Shown here: piece by piece, positions 28,989-38,054 of the stretch
Layout of the letters: each line of letters starts with the position of its first letter
Position numbering within the stretch: position 1 is the first letter of the stretch
Assembly: GCA_020724555.1 (NCBI GenBank)
Contig: DYGT01000002.1
Location: forward strand, 40,271-104,270
Direction: 5' to 3'
Length of the DNA: 64,000 nucleotides
DNA from: Candidatus Microgenomatus sp.
Lineage (GTDB): Bacteria; Patescibacteriota; Microgenomatia; UBA8517
Program-made: the position numbers and the translations under genes
Notes under the pieces: model-generated
Seen by the model: only the letters and a program-made list of their open reading frames with translations
What the model was told of the DNA's origin: nothing
The model's database searches: none

Positions 28989-29017
28989 TTGACAACTGTG
29001 AAAAGATAAACTATATT
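28989..29017 (+). promoter_or_regulatory. near-consensus sigma70-type promoter (TTGACA-17 nt-TATATT) immediately upstream of rpmA
   Basis: TTGACA 28989-28994, 17-nt spacer, TATATT 29012-29017, ATG at 29029. Confidence 0.5.
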
Positions 29018-29028
29018 TAAATAATATT

Positions 29029-29277
29029 ATGGCACATAAAAAGCAAGGCGGAAAAACCACGCAACATAAAAGACCGAACCCAAAATATTTGGGTGTAAAA
29101 GTTAGCCATGGGCAGAGTGTCACACCAGGCATGATTTTAGTACGTCAAAGAGGAACAAAATTTAAAGCCGGAGAAAATGTCAGGGTCGGGCGTGATCACA
29201 CATTATTTTCAATGGCAACTGGAAAAGTGGTTTTTGAAGAGAAAGCCGGCCGTAGTTTTGTAAATGTATTTGCCTAA
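29029..29277 (+). CDS. rpmA: 50S ribosomal protein L27
   Basis: [24 protein letters not shown] bL27 N-terminus. Confidence 0.95.
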   Translation: MAHKKQGGKTTQHKRPNPKYLGVKVSHGQSVTPGMILVRQRGTKFKAGENVRVGRDHTLFSMATGKVVFEEKAGRSFVNVFA

Positions 29278-29281
29278 AAAT

Positions 29282-30166
29282 ATGGCTGAAGAAGTAATAC
29301 AAATAGACATTAATGAATTGCAACCCAATCCGCTGCAGCCCCGGGGAGCGATAACTCCGGAATCCCTCGTTGATTTGGTTGATTCCATTAAAGAACACGG
29401 AATACTCGAACCACTAGTTATTGCCAAAACTCCGGCAGGATTTCAAATAATCGCGGGTGAGCGGCGCTGGAGAGCGTCCAAGCTTGCCGGATTAACCCAT
29501 GTTCCCGCGATTGTTCGTGAAACATCACCAAAAGGGATGCTGGAGATGGCTTTGGTAGAAAATGTCCAAAGAGTAGACCTTAACGCTTTAGACCGTGCGG
29601 CCGGTTTTGAGAGGCTTATGAACGAATTTGGCTTGACCACAAGCGAAATAGCTGTGCGTATTGGAAAATCTGTAGCATACGTCAGCAACTCCATGCGCCT
29701 TTTAACACTACCCGATGCTTTAAAAGACGGTTTGCTATCCGGCCTTATAACAGAAGGCCACGCACGTGCGCTTGCATCCATAGACGATCCCGGCTTGATG
29801 GTGGAAGCATACAAGATTATCCTCAAAGAAAACGGCTCAGTCAGGCGGGCAGAAGAGCTTTCCCGGAGAATGAAGGCTAAATCCCAACAAGCCCCGAAGC
29901 CCAGAGCTAATATACACAATTTACAAGTAGTTTCCGAAGATATTGACCGCATCCAGGCTGACTTAAGTAGTGCCCTTTCTAAAATCGGCGGTGGCGATGA
30001 AAGTAACCCGAGAAATACACAAGTAAAGTTAACTCGATCCAGAAGCCAAACTAAACTGATGTTTGTTTTTAAAGGGTCGCTTGAGGAAACAGAAGAAAAA
30101 CTTCAGACAATTTATAGAAGTATATTAGAATCATCGCCTCACGAAGAAAATAACCCGGAAAATTAA
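29282..30166 (+). CDS. parB: ParB/Spo0J-family partitioning protein
   Basis: ParB box II GERRWRA and HTH region; start at MAEEVIQ (ORF track 29264 overlaps rpmA). Confidence 0.8.
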   Translation: MAEEVIQIDINELQPNPLQPRGAITPESLVDLVDSIKEHGILEPLVIAKTPAGFQIIAGERRWRASKLAGLTHVPAIVRETSPKGMLEMALVENVQRVDLNALDRAAGFERLMNEFGLTTSEIAVRIGKSVAYVSNSMRLLTLPDALKDGLLSGLITEGHARALASIDDPGLMVEAYKIILKENGSVRRAEELSRRMKAKSQQAPKPRANIHNLQVVSEDIDRIQADLSSALSKIGGGDESNPRNTQVKLTRSRSQTKLMFVFKGSLEETEEKLQTIYRSILESSPHEENNPEN

Positions 30167-30720
30167 AAAGTTATTTCATTTTTTACAACGCCGGCTTCGG
30201 TTGGAGGCCAATACACAAACCAGGCTTTGCCTGTAATTTTGTCTAAAGTTACATATCCAAAACGGCGCGAATCTAAAGAATGAGGCCGGTTGTCCCCCAT
30301 AACAAAATACGAATTTTCGGGTAAAGTAATTTCTTCACCTTCTTTTAAAAATGACCCGTTTTGTGTTGGTATTTCGTCGGGTATATAGTTTTCCTCAAAC
30401 AAATTTCCGTTTATATAAATTTTATTGTCTTTTATCGATATGGTTTCACCGGGAAGTGCAATAATCCTTTTAATAAATTCTTCTTTATAATCCGGTGGGG
30501 CTTTAAATACGATAACGTCACCGCGTTTTGGTTCATTAAAACGATAGCTGATTTTATCCGTCAATAAATATTCGCCGTCATGAAAATTGGGTTCCATTGA
30601 CGAACCTTTAATTTTGTGAGGCTGAAGAATTAATAAATAAAGAAACAAAAAAATTGAAATTGCAAAAACGACAATTTCAATGATTTCCAAAAAAAACGCG
30701 CCAAGTTGTTTAATAAACAT
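30163..30720 (-). CDS. lepB: signal peptidase I (S26 family)
   Basis: N-terminal TM; catalytic Ser box GSSMEPNF, Lys box RGDVIVFK, C-terminal GDNRPHSLDSR. Confidence 0.85.
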   Translation of the reverse strand: MFIKQLGAFFLEIIEIVVFAISIFLFLYLLILQPHKIKGSSMEPNFHDGEYLLTDKISYRFNEPKRGDVIVFKAPPDYKEEFIKRIIALPGETISIKDNKIYINGNLFEENYIPDEIPTQNGSFLKEGEEITLPENSYFVMGDNRPHSLDSRRFGYVTLDKITGKAWFVYWPPTEAGVVKNEITF

Positions 30721-30807
30721 CTTGTAATTATATTACTTTATAAAAATTATTTAAACCAGACAGTTTATGAAATTTTCTATAATTTAATGTTAAAATATAC
30801 ATATTTC

Positions 30808-30881
30808 GGTCGCGTAGCTCAGTTGGTTAGAGCGTTCGATTCACATTCGAGAGGTCCCTGGTTCGAGTCCAGGCGCGACCA
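30808..30881 (+). tRNA. tRNA-Val (anticodon CAC), no encoded CCA
   Basis: Hand-folded cloverleaf: acceptor GGTCGCG/CGCGACC, D-arm GCTC-AGTTGGTTA-GAGC, anticodon arm TTCGA-TTCACAT-TCGAG, T-arm CCTGG-TTCGAGT-CCAGG. Confidence 0.85.
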
Positions 30882-30907
30882 CAAAATATGGTTAGTTATA
30901 TGTATAA

Positions 30908-32617
30908 TTGGTTATGGCCTTAAGCACTTCACCCCAAAAGCAAAAATATTTACGGCAATCTGATGGTGAAGCCTCCCTTACTAACCAACAAAATCTGGCT
31001 TCCTGGTTTGGTGAAAAATCCGGAGTGATAGCACTTATCTCCATGCTCATTTTTTTGGTTTATTTAAATGCGTTAGATAACGCATTGGTTTCCGATGACA
31101 TCTACGGTCTGGTCCAAAACCCCAGTATCGGAAGTTTTTCTTTAGTTACTACCAACCTGTTTAGGTTTATGCGCGAATTGTTTTATTTTGTGATCTATAA
31201 TATCTCAGGCACAACGCCGTTTTTGTACCGTTTGGGGAATATCTTGTTTCACTTGGGTACCAGCATAATTTTGTATGCCTTTGTTTCACGCCGTGTCAAC
31301 GAAAAGGCCGGTTTAATAGCCTCGTTCATCTTTGCCGTACACCCCGTGGTCGTTGAATCTGTAACCTGGATATCCGGAGGTGTGTATGCGCAATACGGAT
31401 TTTTCTTTATGCTTTCCTTATTTCTTTACAGCGAATCTGCTCGCTGCAAAAAGCTATACATTTGGTCTTTAATTTTTTTTATCATGTCTTTGTTTAGTTC
31501 GGAAAAAGCCTTTGTGTTGTCGCCAATATTTATTTTGTGGGAATATGTCTGGGGTAAGCCAAAACAGTATCAACGCTGGCTTCCTTTTGTTGCCTTATCG
31601 GCGCTGTGGTTTTTAATGTTTATAGGTTTAGGCGGAATATTGGGGCAAAGAAATATGGATTTGACTACCCAGTTTTACCAGGAAGGATCCCGATTTTATA
31701 ACCCCTTAATTCAATTGCCGGCAGCAATAAGTACTTATGCTAGGTTAATTTTTTATCCTATGAGTTTGTCTTTTTATTATTCCGAGTTTAGCTTTAGCGA
31801 AATAGAATACGCTGCCCGGGTTATTTTTAGTTTAATTGTTATCGGTTTGTATGTCCTAAGCTTTTTTAAAAACAAAAAAATTTTTTTCTTCTTGTCTTTA
31901 TCTCTCGTCAGTCTCAGCCCGTTTCTGACTCCTCTAAGAATTGCCTGGGTAGTAGCTGAGCGCTATGCTTATTTAGCTACCCTTGGGGTAATATCCGGTG
32001 TGTCCGTTTTCATTTATAAATATCTAAAATATTTACCCCAATGGATATTTTGGACGTTAATTGCGGTAATTATTAGTTTATTTTCTGTTCGTACCATATT
32101 GAGAAATAACGCATTCCAAAATGAAGACAATTTATGGCTCGCGACGGCAAAAACAGCTCCAAGTGACCCCAAAACCCACAATAATCTGGGAGATTATTAT
32201 GCACGCCACCGGGATTACGATAGCGCAGTCCACGAATTTACAAGGGCAATTGAACTTAACCCAAACTATGCGGATGCCTACCACAACCGCGGCTTGACAT
32301 ACATGCAAAAAGGGGACTCAAACAAGGCAATTTCTGATTATTTAAAAGCCATAGAACTAAATCCCGGCTTATGGCAAAGCTACCGCAACTTGGCTGGGGT
32401 GTACTTTGGGGAGGGACAATTTGAGTCGGCCTTGGATTATATGCAAAAAGCAATAGAAATAAATCCCGATGAACCACATTTATGGACTAATTTAGGTGCA
32501 ATTTATCTAAAATTAAAGCAAAAAGAGAATGCTATTCTTGCATTTGAGCGCGCACTTGCTCTTAATCCCGACGATCAGGTAGCAACAAAAGGTTTGATGG
32601 AAGCAAATAAATTATAA
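30908..32617 (+). CDS. TMTC-like membrane protein: polytopic GT-C/PMT-like N-terminal domain plus C-terminal TPR repeats (putative protein O-glycosyltransferase)
   Basis: About 10 predicted TM helices in the first 400 aa. C-terminal TPR repeats (AKTAPSDPKTHNNLGDYYARHRDYDSAVHEFTRAIELNPNYADAYHNRGLTY...). True start likely internal (first ~40 codons overlap the tRNA-Val region). Confidence 0.5.
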   Translation: MVMALSTSPQKQKYLRQSDGEASLTNQQNLASWFGEKSGVIALISMLIFLVYLNALDNALVSDDIYGLVQNPSIGSFSLVTTNLFRFMRELFYFVIYNISGTTPFLYRLGNILFHLGTSIILYAFVSRRVNEKAGLIASFIFAVHPVVVESVTWISGGVYAQYGFFFMLSLFLYSESARCKKLYIWSLIFFIMSLFSSEKAFVLSPIFILWEYVWGKPKQYQRWLPFVALSALWFLMFIGLGGILGQRNMDLTTQFYQEGSRFYNPLIQLPAAISTYARLIFYPMSLSFYYSEFSFSEIEYAARVIFSLIVIGLYVLSFFKNKKIFFFLSLSLVSLSPFLTPLRIAWVVAERYAYLATLGVISGVSVFIYKYLKYLPQWIFWTLIAVIISLFSVRTILRNNAFQNEDNLWLATAKTAPSDPKTHNNLGDYYARHRDYDSAVHEFTRAIELNPNYADAYHNRGLTYMQKGDSNKAISDYLKAIELNPGLWQSYRNLAGVYFGEGQFESALDYMQKAIEINPDEPHLWTNLGAIYLKLKQKENAILAFERALALNPDDQVATKGLMEANKL

Positions 32618-32619
32618 AA

Positions 32620-33834
32620 ATGGGTTACAAAAAAGAAACTTTAAAAGGAGTGCGTTGGGTGGGTGCCCTGAGGGGATCTACCCGCATTGTTTCATTTATT
32701 AAAACCATAATCATCGCTCGTATTCTTGCACCAGAAGACATTGGCCTTTATACCATCGCTTTTTTTATGCTCGCACTTATGGAAGTATTAACTGAAACAG
32801 GCATCAACGTGGTCCTTTTACAAAAAAAAGGAGGTGCAGAAGCGTATATTTCGACAGCTTGGATTATTTCAATCATCCGCGCTCTCATTATATTTATGGT
32901 ACTTTTTATTACTTCCCCCTACATCGCATTGTTTTTTAACATGCCCCAAGCTGTTGGCTTAATTAAATTAATTTCAATTGTTCCTCTTATGCGGGGATTT
33001 ATTAATCCTTCAATCATACTTTTTCAAAAAAGACTTGAGTTTAACAAAGACTTTATTTTCAGGTTTACAATCTTTCTTTTTGACGCTTTGGTAGCAATCT
33101 TGGCCACACTATACTTAAATAATGCATACGGCTTAATTATTGGTTTGATAGCGGGTGTGATCTTGGAAATTATTTTGTCTTTTGTTATGGCTCGTCCATG
33201 GCCTACACTTGTTTTTGAAAAAGACAAAGCCCAAGAAGTTGTAAACCGGGGAAAATGGATGACGGGAGCAGGGATTTTTCAATACTTATTTCGCGAAGGC
33301 GACGACGCAGTGGTCGGCCGTTTATTGGGTGGTACGGCCCTTGGTTATTATCAAATGGCATACAAAATTGCCACTCTGCCCATTAGTGAAGTCGCTGATG
33401 TATTTGCCAAGGTGACTTTGCCAATCTATGTAAAAATGTCTAATGACAAGACACGCCTAAGAAAAGCTTTTTTACAAACGACCATGGTTGTATCCGCGTT
33501 TTCTCTTATGTTTGGTGCGGTTTTGATTATTTTTGCCCATCCGATCGTAAATATTTTGCTTGGAAAAAAATGGCTGCCCGCAGTTCCGGCGCTTCGGATT
33601 GTATCTGTTTATGCGATTATCAGAGCTGTCATTCAGCCTGCTTTTACACTACTTTTGGCGTTAAATAAACAGGAAAAGGTCACGACAATAACTTTAGTTG
33701 GAATTATAGCTATGTTTATATTTATCTTACCCATGACGAACGCTTATGGAATTATCGGTACGGCAATTTCTACAATAATTGGCGTCACCGCCATGCTTCC
33801 GTTTATATTTTTTTATGCATTTAAAAACAGTTAA
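32620..33834 (+). CDS. MOP-superfamily oligosaccharide/polysaccharide flippase (Wzx-like)
   Basis: 404-aa polytopic membrane protein (~12 TM) with polysaccharide-biosynthesis-protein topology; adjacent to glycosyltransferases. Confidence 0.55.
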   Translation: MGYKKETLKGVRWVGALRGSTRIVSFIKTIIIARILAPEDIGLYTIAFFMLALMEVLTETGINVVLLQKKGGAEAYISTAWIISIIRALIIFMVLFITSPYIALFFNMPQAVGLIKLISIVPLMRGFINPSIILFQKRLEFNKDFIFRFTIFLFDALVAILATLYLNNAYGLIIGLIAGVILEIILSFVMARPWPTLVFEKDKAQEVVNRGKWMTGAGIFQYLFREGDDAVVGRLLGGTALGYYQMAYKIATLPISEVADVFAKVTLPIYVKMSNDKTRLRKAFLQTTMVVSAFSLMFGAVLIIFAHPIVNILLGKKWLPAVPALRIVSVYAIIRAVIQPAFTLLLALNKQEKVTTITLVGIIAMFIFILPMTNAYGIIGTAISTIIGVTAMLPFIFFYAFKNS

Positions 33835-33836
33835 TT

Positions 33837-34604
33837 ATGTTAAGCGCCGTGATATTAACTAAAAACGAAGAGAATAAAATCGCAGCCCTTATTAAAAGTT
33901 TGAAATTTGCAAAAGAAATAATTGTCATAGACGATTATTCTTTGGATAACACGGTAAGTATTGCAAAGAAAAACGGCGCAATCGTCTTCAAGCACCATTT
34001 AAACGAAGATTTTGCAGCACAAAGAAATTATGCGTTGAGAAAGGCAAAATTCAAGTGGGTATTTTTTGTAGATGCCGATGAATTTGTAAGTGAAGCGTTG
34101 GCGCGGGAAATTGTAAAAAAAGTTAATGAGAACCTCTACAGCGGCTTTTATTTAAAGAGAAAAGGCCGCTTTATGGGAAGGCAAATGAAATGGGGAGAGT
34201 GGTCAAATTCACAAATACTGCCAAAATTTGGTCACAACAAGTTATTGCGTTTGGCGAAAAAAGACTGCGGCCGGTGGGTGCGCCCGGTGCATGAATACTG
34301 GGACGTTAAAGGCCCCGTGGGAGAGCTTACCAACAGCTTAATTCATGAAAGCGATAAAAATTTAAAGGAAATAATAAGTTCTCTTAATTTTCAAGCCCGC
34401 CTTCATTCAGTGGCTAACAAAAAAGAAGGGAAAAAAGCAAATATTTTTAAAATTGTGTTTTACCCTCCCTTAAAATTTGCAGTCAATTATCTTTGTAAAA
34501 TGGGGTTTCGTGACGGTACACATGGCTTTATCCACGCGTCGCTCATGAGCTTCCATTCTTTTTTGGCATGGAGTCAACTTTATCTAAACCAAAAACAAAA
34601 ATAA
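33837..34604 (+). CDS. family 2 glycosyltransferase
   Basis: LSAVILTKNEENKIAALIKSLKFAKEIIVIDDYSLDNT ... FFVDADE (DxD-type) GT-A fold signature. Confidence 0.75.
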   Translation: MLSAVILTKNEENKIAALIKSLKFAKEIIVIDDYSLDNTVSIAKKNGAIVFKHHLNEDFAAQRNYALRKAKFKWVFFVDADEFVSEALAREIVKKVNENLYSGFYLKRKGRFMGRQMKWGEWSNSQILPKFGHNKLLRLAKKDCGRWVRPVHEYWDVKGPVGELTNSLIHESDKNLKEIISSLNFQARLHSVANKKEGKKANIFKIVFYPPLKFAVNYLCKMGFRDGTHGFIHASLMSFHSFLAWSQLYLNQKQK

Positions 34605-35695
34605 CCAATTTACTATTTTTTTTATGCTTGGCAATATTCCCTTTCGGGCAAATACCTGCTTTTGTCTTTAATGCTGATGTGCTTGGATTTCGCTTTCACC
34701 TTTTGGATTTATTGGTCTTAATTTTGTTTATGCTATCTGTCTTCACTACAAAAAAGCTGTGGTTTGCTGAATCCGGCGCATTTGTGCTGACTGCGCTATT
34801 TTCTTATTTGCTCTCGGTTTTTCTGGGCTTTGCCACGCTTAAGGGCTTTTTTTATTTAATCCGCCTAGTTTCTTATTTAAATTTGGCTAACATTACCATT
34901 GGCTTGAAAAAACAAAAAAGAATAATAAAAAATAGTGTTGTTAATTATTTTGTGGCAATAAGCGGGGTAGTTGCTGCTCTCGGGTTGCTGCAGTATTTGT
35001 GGCTTCCCGACCTCACGGCATTAAAATATTACGGTTGGGATGACCACTATTTTCGCCTTGTATCCACTTTTTTGGACCCGGCATTTACCGGAATTATTTT
35101 GGTCTTGGGAATACTGCTGCTTTTAGCAAAAACACAAAAATATAAGTATTTAATGCTAACTTTTTTGGGCATATCTTTGGCCTTAACATTTTCCCGCGCG
35201 AGTTATTTAAGCTTACTGGTAGCAACATTATTTTTCGCCGATTACAAAAAGATAATCAAACCGATATTTTTTACAATTATTGCGATTCTGCTTACCTTGG
35301 CAGTCTCGCCAAAACCAGGGGGTGAAGGAGTAAACCTCGCGCGTACAAGCTCGATCTCAGAAAAAATTACCAATTACAAAACCAGTGCAAAAATAATTGC
35401 CAATTCACCTCTTTTTGGAGTGGGCTACAACAACGTTTGTCTATTTAACAGCGACAATCTTGATGCTAATTCCTGCAGCGGGCTGGATAATAGTTTCTTA
35501 TTTGTTTGGGCAACGACAGGAATTATTGGTCTAATGAGCTTCATATATTTTGTAACTGCAATCTATAAAACTACATTCATCCGGCCTACCTTAATCGCGA
35601 TTTTAATTCACTCACTATTTACAAATACTTTTTTTTATGCGTGGATTATGTTCTGGCTAATGGTCTTGTGGGGAATGTTTAAGGGTGATAATTGA
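34568..35695 (+). CDS. O-antigen ligase/polymerase-like membrane protein (Wzy_C-type)
   Basis: 375-aa polytopic membrane protein with a larger periplasmic loop; in glycan cluster. Confidence 0.45.
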   Translation: MESTLSKPKTKITNLLFFLCLAIFPFGQIPAFVFNADVLGFRFHLLDLLVLILFMLSVFTTKKLWFAESGAFVLTALFSYLLSVFLGFATLKGFFYLIRLVSYLNLANITIGLKKQKRIIKNSVVNYFVAISGVVAALGLLQYLWLPDLTALKYYGWDDHYFRLVSTFLDPAFTGIILVLGILLLLAKTQKYKYLMLTFLGISLALTFSRASYLSLLVATLFFADYKKIIKPIFFTIIAILLTLAVSPKPGGEGVNLARTSSISEKITNYKTSAKIIANSPLFGVGYNNVCLFNSDNLDANSCSGLDNSFLFVWATTGIIGLMSFIYFVTAIYKTTFIRPTLIAILIHSLFTNTFFYAWIMFWLMVLWGMFKGDN

Positions 35696-36401
35696 CGGTT
35701 ATTTGTGTTTCTGTAGAATTACCCGCACGATCCACCGCGTTAAGAGGTATTACATTTTCGCCATCTGTAAGCTCAATTTTCGTACTAAAACTATAATCAG
35801 ATGATACATATACGGATTTACCTGCTATCTTCAAATCAACGTCTTCATTGGTTTCGCCTTTGATCTCAATTTCCTTTTCACCCCCGGAAAATGTTTGGCC
35901 GTTACCCGGCATTTCAATCGTTATTTCAGGGGCTTTTGTGTCCAAAATTACAATTTCCGGCTCAGATTGATTACTCACATTACCGGCTGTGTCCTTGGCT
36001 TGGGCAATTATTTCATTTTCACCTGCTACCAATTCAAAAGAGAGCCTAAAACCCCCCTCCTTGGTGGCCACCGTTTCTTTTTTGATACCGTTTACCGATA
36101 CGGTAACCAAAGAGCCTGCCTCAGCCACTCCGATAACATCAATATCTTTATCGTTTGTATAGTCGTCCAGGTCCTCAAGGCGCGGTGGTGCCGGCGGTGT
36201 TTTGTCGGTTATTGCCACAGGCGCGTTACTGCCTAAAAGACCGCTTACAAAGCCGGAAAAATCAGATAAAATGCCGATTCCATAAAAAAAGATAAGAAGA
36301 ATTAAACCTATAGTGAGGGCAATATACACAAACGCACTGCGGCGTGCCTTTTGCGCTTCTACTTTTTCAATTCGGCTATAACGCCTGTGTTTGCCTGCCA
36401 T
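35679..36401 (-). CDS. membrane-anchored protein with tandem bacterial Ig-like domains
   Basis: N-terminal TM (FVYIALTIGLILLIFFYGIGIL) followed by two similar ~70-aa beta-rich repeats (VTVSVNGIKKETVATKEGGFRLSFELVAGENEIIAQAKDTAGNVS / VDLKIAGKSVYVSSDYSFSTKIELTDGENVIPLNAVDRAGNST). Confidence 0.55.
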   Translation of the reverse strand: MAGKHRRYSRIEKVEAQKARRSAFVYIALTIGLILLIFFYGIGILSDFSGFVSGLLGSNAPVAITDKTPPAPPRLEDLDDYTNDKDIDVIGVAEAGSLVTVSVNGIKKETVATKEGGFRLSFELVAGENEIIAQAKDTAGNVSNQSEPEIVILDTKAPEITIEMPGNGQTFSGGEKEIEIKGETNEDVDLKIAGKSVYVSSDYSFSTKIELTDGENVIPLNAVDRAGNSTETQITVNYHP

Positions 36402-36430
36402 ATAGCAAAAGTATATCTCACAAGTTCACC

Positions 36431-36508
36431 TGGAGCCAGGAGTGGGGATCGAACCCACGACCTGCGGTTTACGATACCGCTGCTCTACCAGAGCTGAGCT
36501 ATCCTGGC
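36431..36508 (-). tRNA. tRNA-Thr (anticodon CGT), CCA encoded
   Basis: Reverse complement folds as GCCAGGA-TA-GCTC-AGCTCTGGTA-GAGC-A-GCGGT-ATCGTAA-ACCGC-AGGTC-GTGGG-TTCGATC-CCCAC-TCCTGGC-T-CCA. Confidence 0.8.
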
Positions 36509-36579
36509 ATTTTACGGATAACTATAATGCCTTGGCTTGATTATAACAAAATATACCTATTTTAGTGTTACAATAATTT

Positions 36580-36834
36580 ATGAATCTTTACAAAATTCGC
36601 AATTTTATTTTTTCTTTTTTAATCGTTGTTGTCGCTTTACTATTTTTCTGGATGATTTTTGTTAATCCGTGTGACAAATATACTCCCATAAGAGCTGACG
36701 AAAAACGCTGCAGCTGTTTTGGCAAAAAAATAAATTTTGACGAATATTTAGGCAATGATACAAATGAAAAATACGGAGAGGGAATTTGGTATAACTTTTG
36801 TGTTGGCGTTATTACGCTAAAAGCAGGTTATTAA
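36580..36834 (+). CDS. hypothetical small membrane protein with Cys-rich C-terminal half
   Basis: 84-aa ORF, N-terminal TM FIFSFLIVVVALLFFWMIFV, then CDKYTPIRADEKRCSCFGKK. Confidence 0.35.
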   Translation: MNLYKIRNFIFSFLIVVVALLFFWMIFVNPCDKYTPIRADEKRCSCFGKKINFDEYLGNDTNEKYGEGIWYNFCVGVITLKAGY

Positions 36835-36842
36835 CTATTAAA

Positions 36843-37079
36843 TTACTTCTTTTTATTTACTTTAACTAATTCTTGAGGCTTAATTTTAGCTATCGCAAAT
36901 AAGTAAATTATTTCAGCAATTCCCATTGTATTTAAGATCAAAAGCACTATAAACCATATCTTGTCTGTGCGTCTGGCCGAATGCCACAAGGCAAGCCCTT
37001 TCCAAAAAATCGTCCAAAGCAAAATTAGTAAAAATACTGCTTCATTCCCACCTGTTGTAAATTCATTAAAATTAAACAT
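36843..37079 (-). CDS. hypothetical small membrane protein (two TM helices)
   Basis: 78-aa ORF, two hydrophobic helices separated by WHSARRTDK. Confidence 0.4.
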   Translation of the reverse strand: MFNFNEFTTGGNEAVFLLILLWTIFWKGLALWHSARRTDKIWFIVLLILNTMGIAEIIYLFAIAKIKPQELVKVNKKK

Positions 37080-37124
37080 ATTTTATATTAGTACAAAACT
37101 TTCTGACTTTCATAATTTTTTGTG

Positions 37125-37196
37125 AGCGGTGGAAGGGATTTGAACCCTCGACCTTCTCCTTGGGAAGGAGACATTCTACCACTGAACTACCACCGC
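37125..37196 (-). tRNA. tRNA-Gly (anticodon CCC), no encoded CCA
   Basis: Reverse complement: GCGGTGG-TA-GTTC-AGTGGTA-GAAT-G-TCTCC-TTCCCAA-GGAGA-AGGTC-GAGGG-TTCAAAT-CCCTT-CCACCGC-T. Confidence 0.85.
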
Positions 37197-37200
37197 ATAT

Positions 37201-37295
37201 TTAAATCCCGCAGAGCGGGACGAGCGGGTTTTAATCCCCGAGCCTCCGTGCTCGAAGGAGGATCCAAGGATCCTTCCTTGGGGATGCAAGCCGTT
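37201..37295 (-). other. GC-rich, multiply self-complementary ~95-nt element between LysM gene stop and tRNA-Gly (candidate structured RNA / 3'UTR element)
   Basis: Hairpins readable directly: CCCGC-aga-GCGGG; CCTCC-gtgctcgaa-GGAGG; GGAGGATCC-aa-GGATCCTTCC; outer ATCCCC...GGGGAT. Confidence 0.3.
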
Positions 37296-37343
37296 GACTA
37301 ATCTTTAAAATTATACCAGATGTAACACAAAAAGGCTTTAAGT

Positions 37344-37934
37344 TTAGCGGGGGAGAGTAAAAACATTACCGGCGTGGATTATGTCAGGGTTTTTAAGGTT
37401 ATTAGCGCGAGCTATATCTACCCAACGGTAGCCGTCGCCATAAGCGCGTACAGCGATATCCCACAAGGTGTCACCTCGCACCACAGTATATTGCTCGCCT
37501 TCGATTTCATTGATATCGGCTTCCTCGGGTGTGCCGGTAGGTACGGGAGCTTGTGTGGCTATCGGTGTGGCTGTGGCTACAGGGGTAGCCGTTTCCGCTT
37601 GGCCGCGCGAGACAACATCGGGGATTACCAGACTTTGGCCTTCTTCTATAGCATTTGGATTGGGCAAATCATTTGCTTCTTGAATATCTATCCAGTTATA
37701 ACCTGTCTCATAATATTTCTCTGAAATATCCCACAGCGTTTCTCCGCCCTGTACGACATGAGAAGTAGGAAGTGTTCCTTCCTCGGTAGCAATACCATCC
37801 GGCAGCTGAGGCCCAGGCTCTATACCCCTGAAATAATTTATAACTAAAAGTCCTACAACTACAATTACTATCACACCCAAAATCATACTGATTGTGGATT
37901 CATTTAATTTTAGTTGTTTTAAAAGATTCCTCAT
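37344..37934 (-). CDS. LysM-domain peptidoglycan-binding protein (N-terminal TM, two LysM repeats)
   Basis: Two LysM-like repeats HVVQGGETLWDISEKYYETGYNWIDIQEANDL and YTVVRGDTLWDIAVRAYGDGYRWVDIARANNL; TM helix ILGVIVIVVVGLLVINYF. Confidence 0.75.
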   Translation of the reverse strand: MRNLLKQLKLNESTISMILGVIVIVVVGLLVINYFRGIEPGPQLPDGIATEEGTLPTSHVVQGGETLWDISEKYYETGYNWIDIQEANDLPNPNAIEEGQSLVIPDVVSRGQAETATPVATATPIATQAPVPTGTPEEADINEIEGEQYTVVRGDTLWDIAVRAYGDGYRWVDIARANNLKNPDIIHAGNVFTLPR

Positions 37935-38054
37935 GGATATAACAAATTAATTATGGGGCAAACTTATTTGACATGAATTTAATCTATATTTTTTCACTTG
38001 TCAAGCGTCAAAAATTAGGGCAATTTTAAGATAAGAAGCAATCAATATCCGGGG

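Noticed and set aside
30706-30963. 85-aa plus ORF spanning tRNA-Val
   Set aside because: Fully contains the tRNA-Val gene; no RBS; artefact of stop-free stretch.
36344-36565. 73-aa plus ORF spanning tRNA-Thr
   Set aside because: Overlaps the minus-strand tRNA-Thr and the end of the Ig-like gene; not coding-like.
37201-37295. Interpreting the GC-rich element as SRP (4.5S) RNA
   Set aside because: No recognisable domain IV symmetric-loop motif (GGAA...AGCAG) on either strand by eye; left as unclassified structured element.
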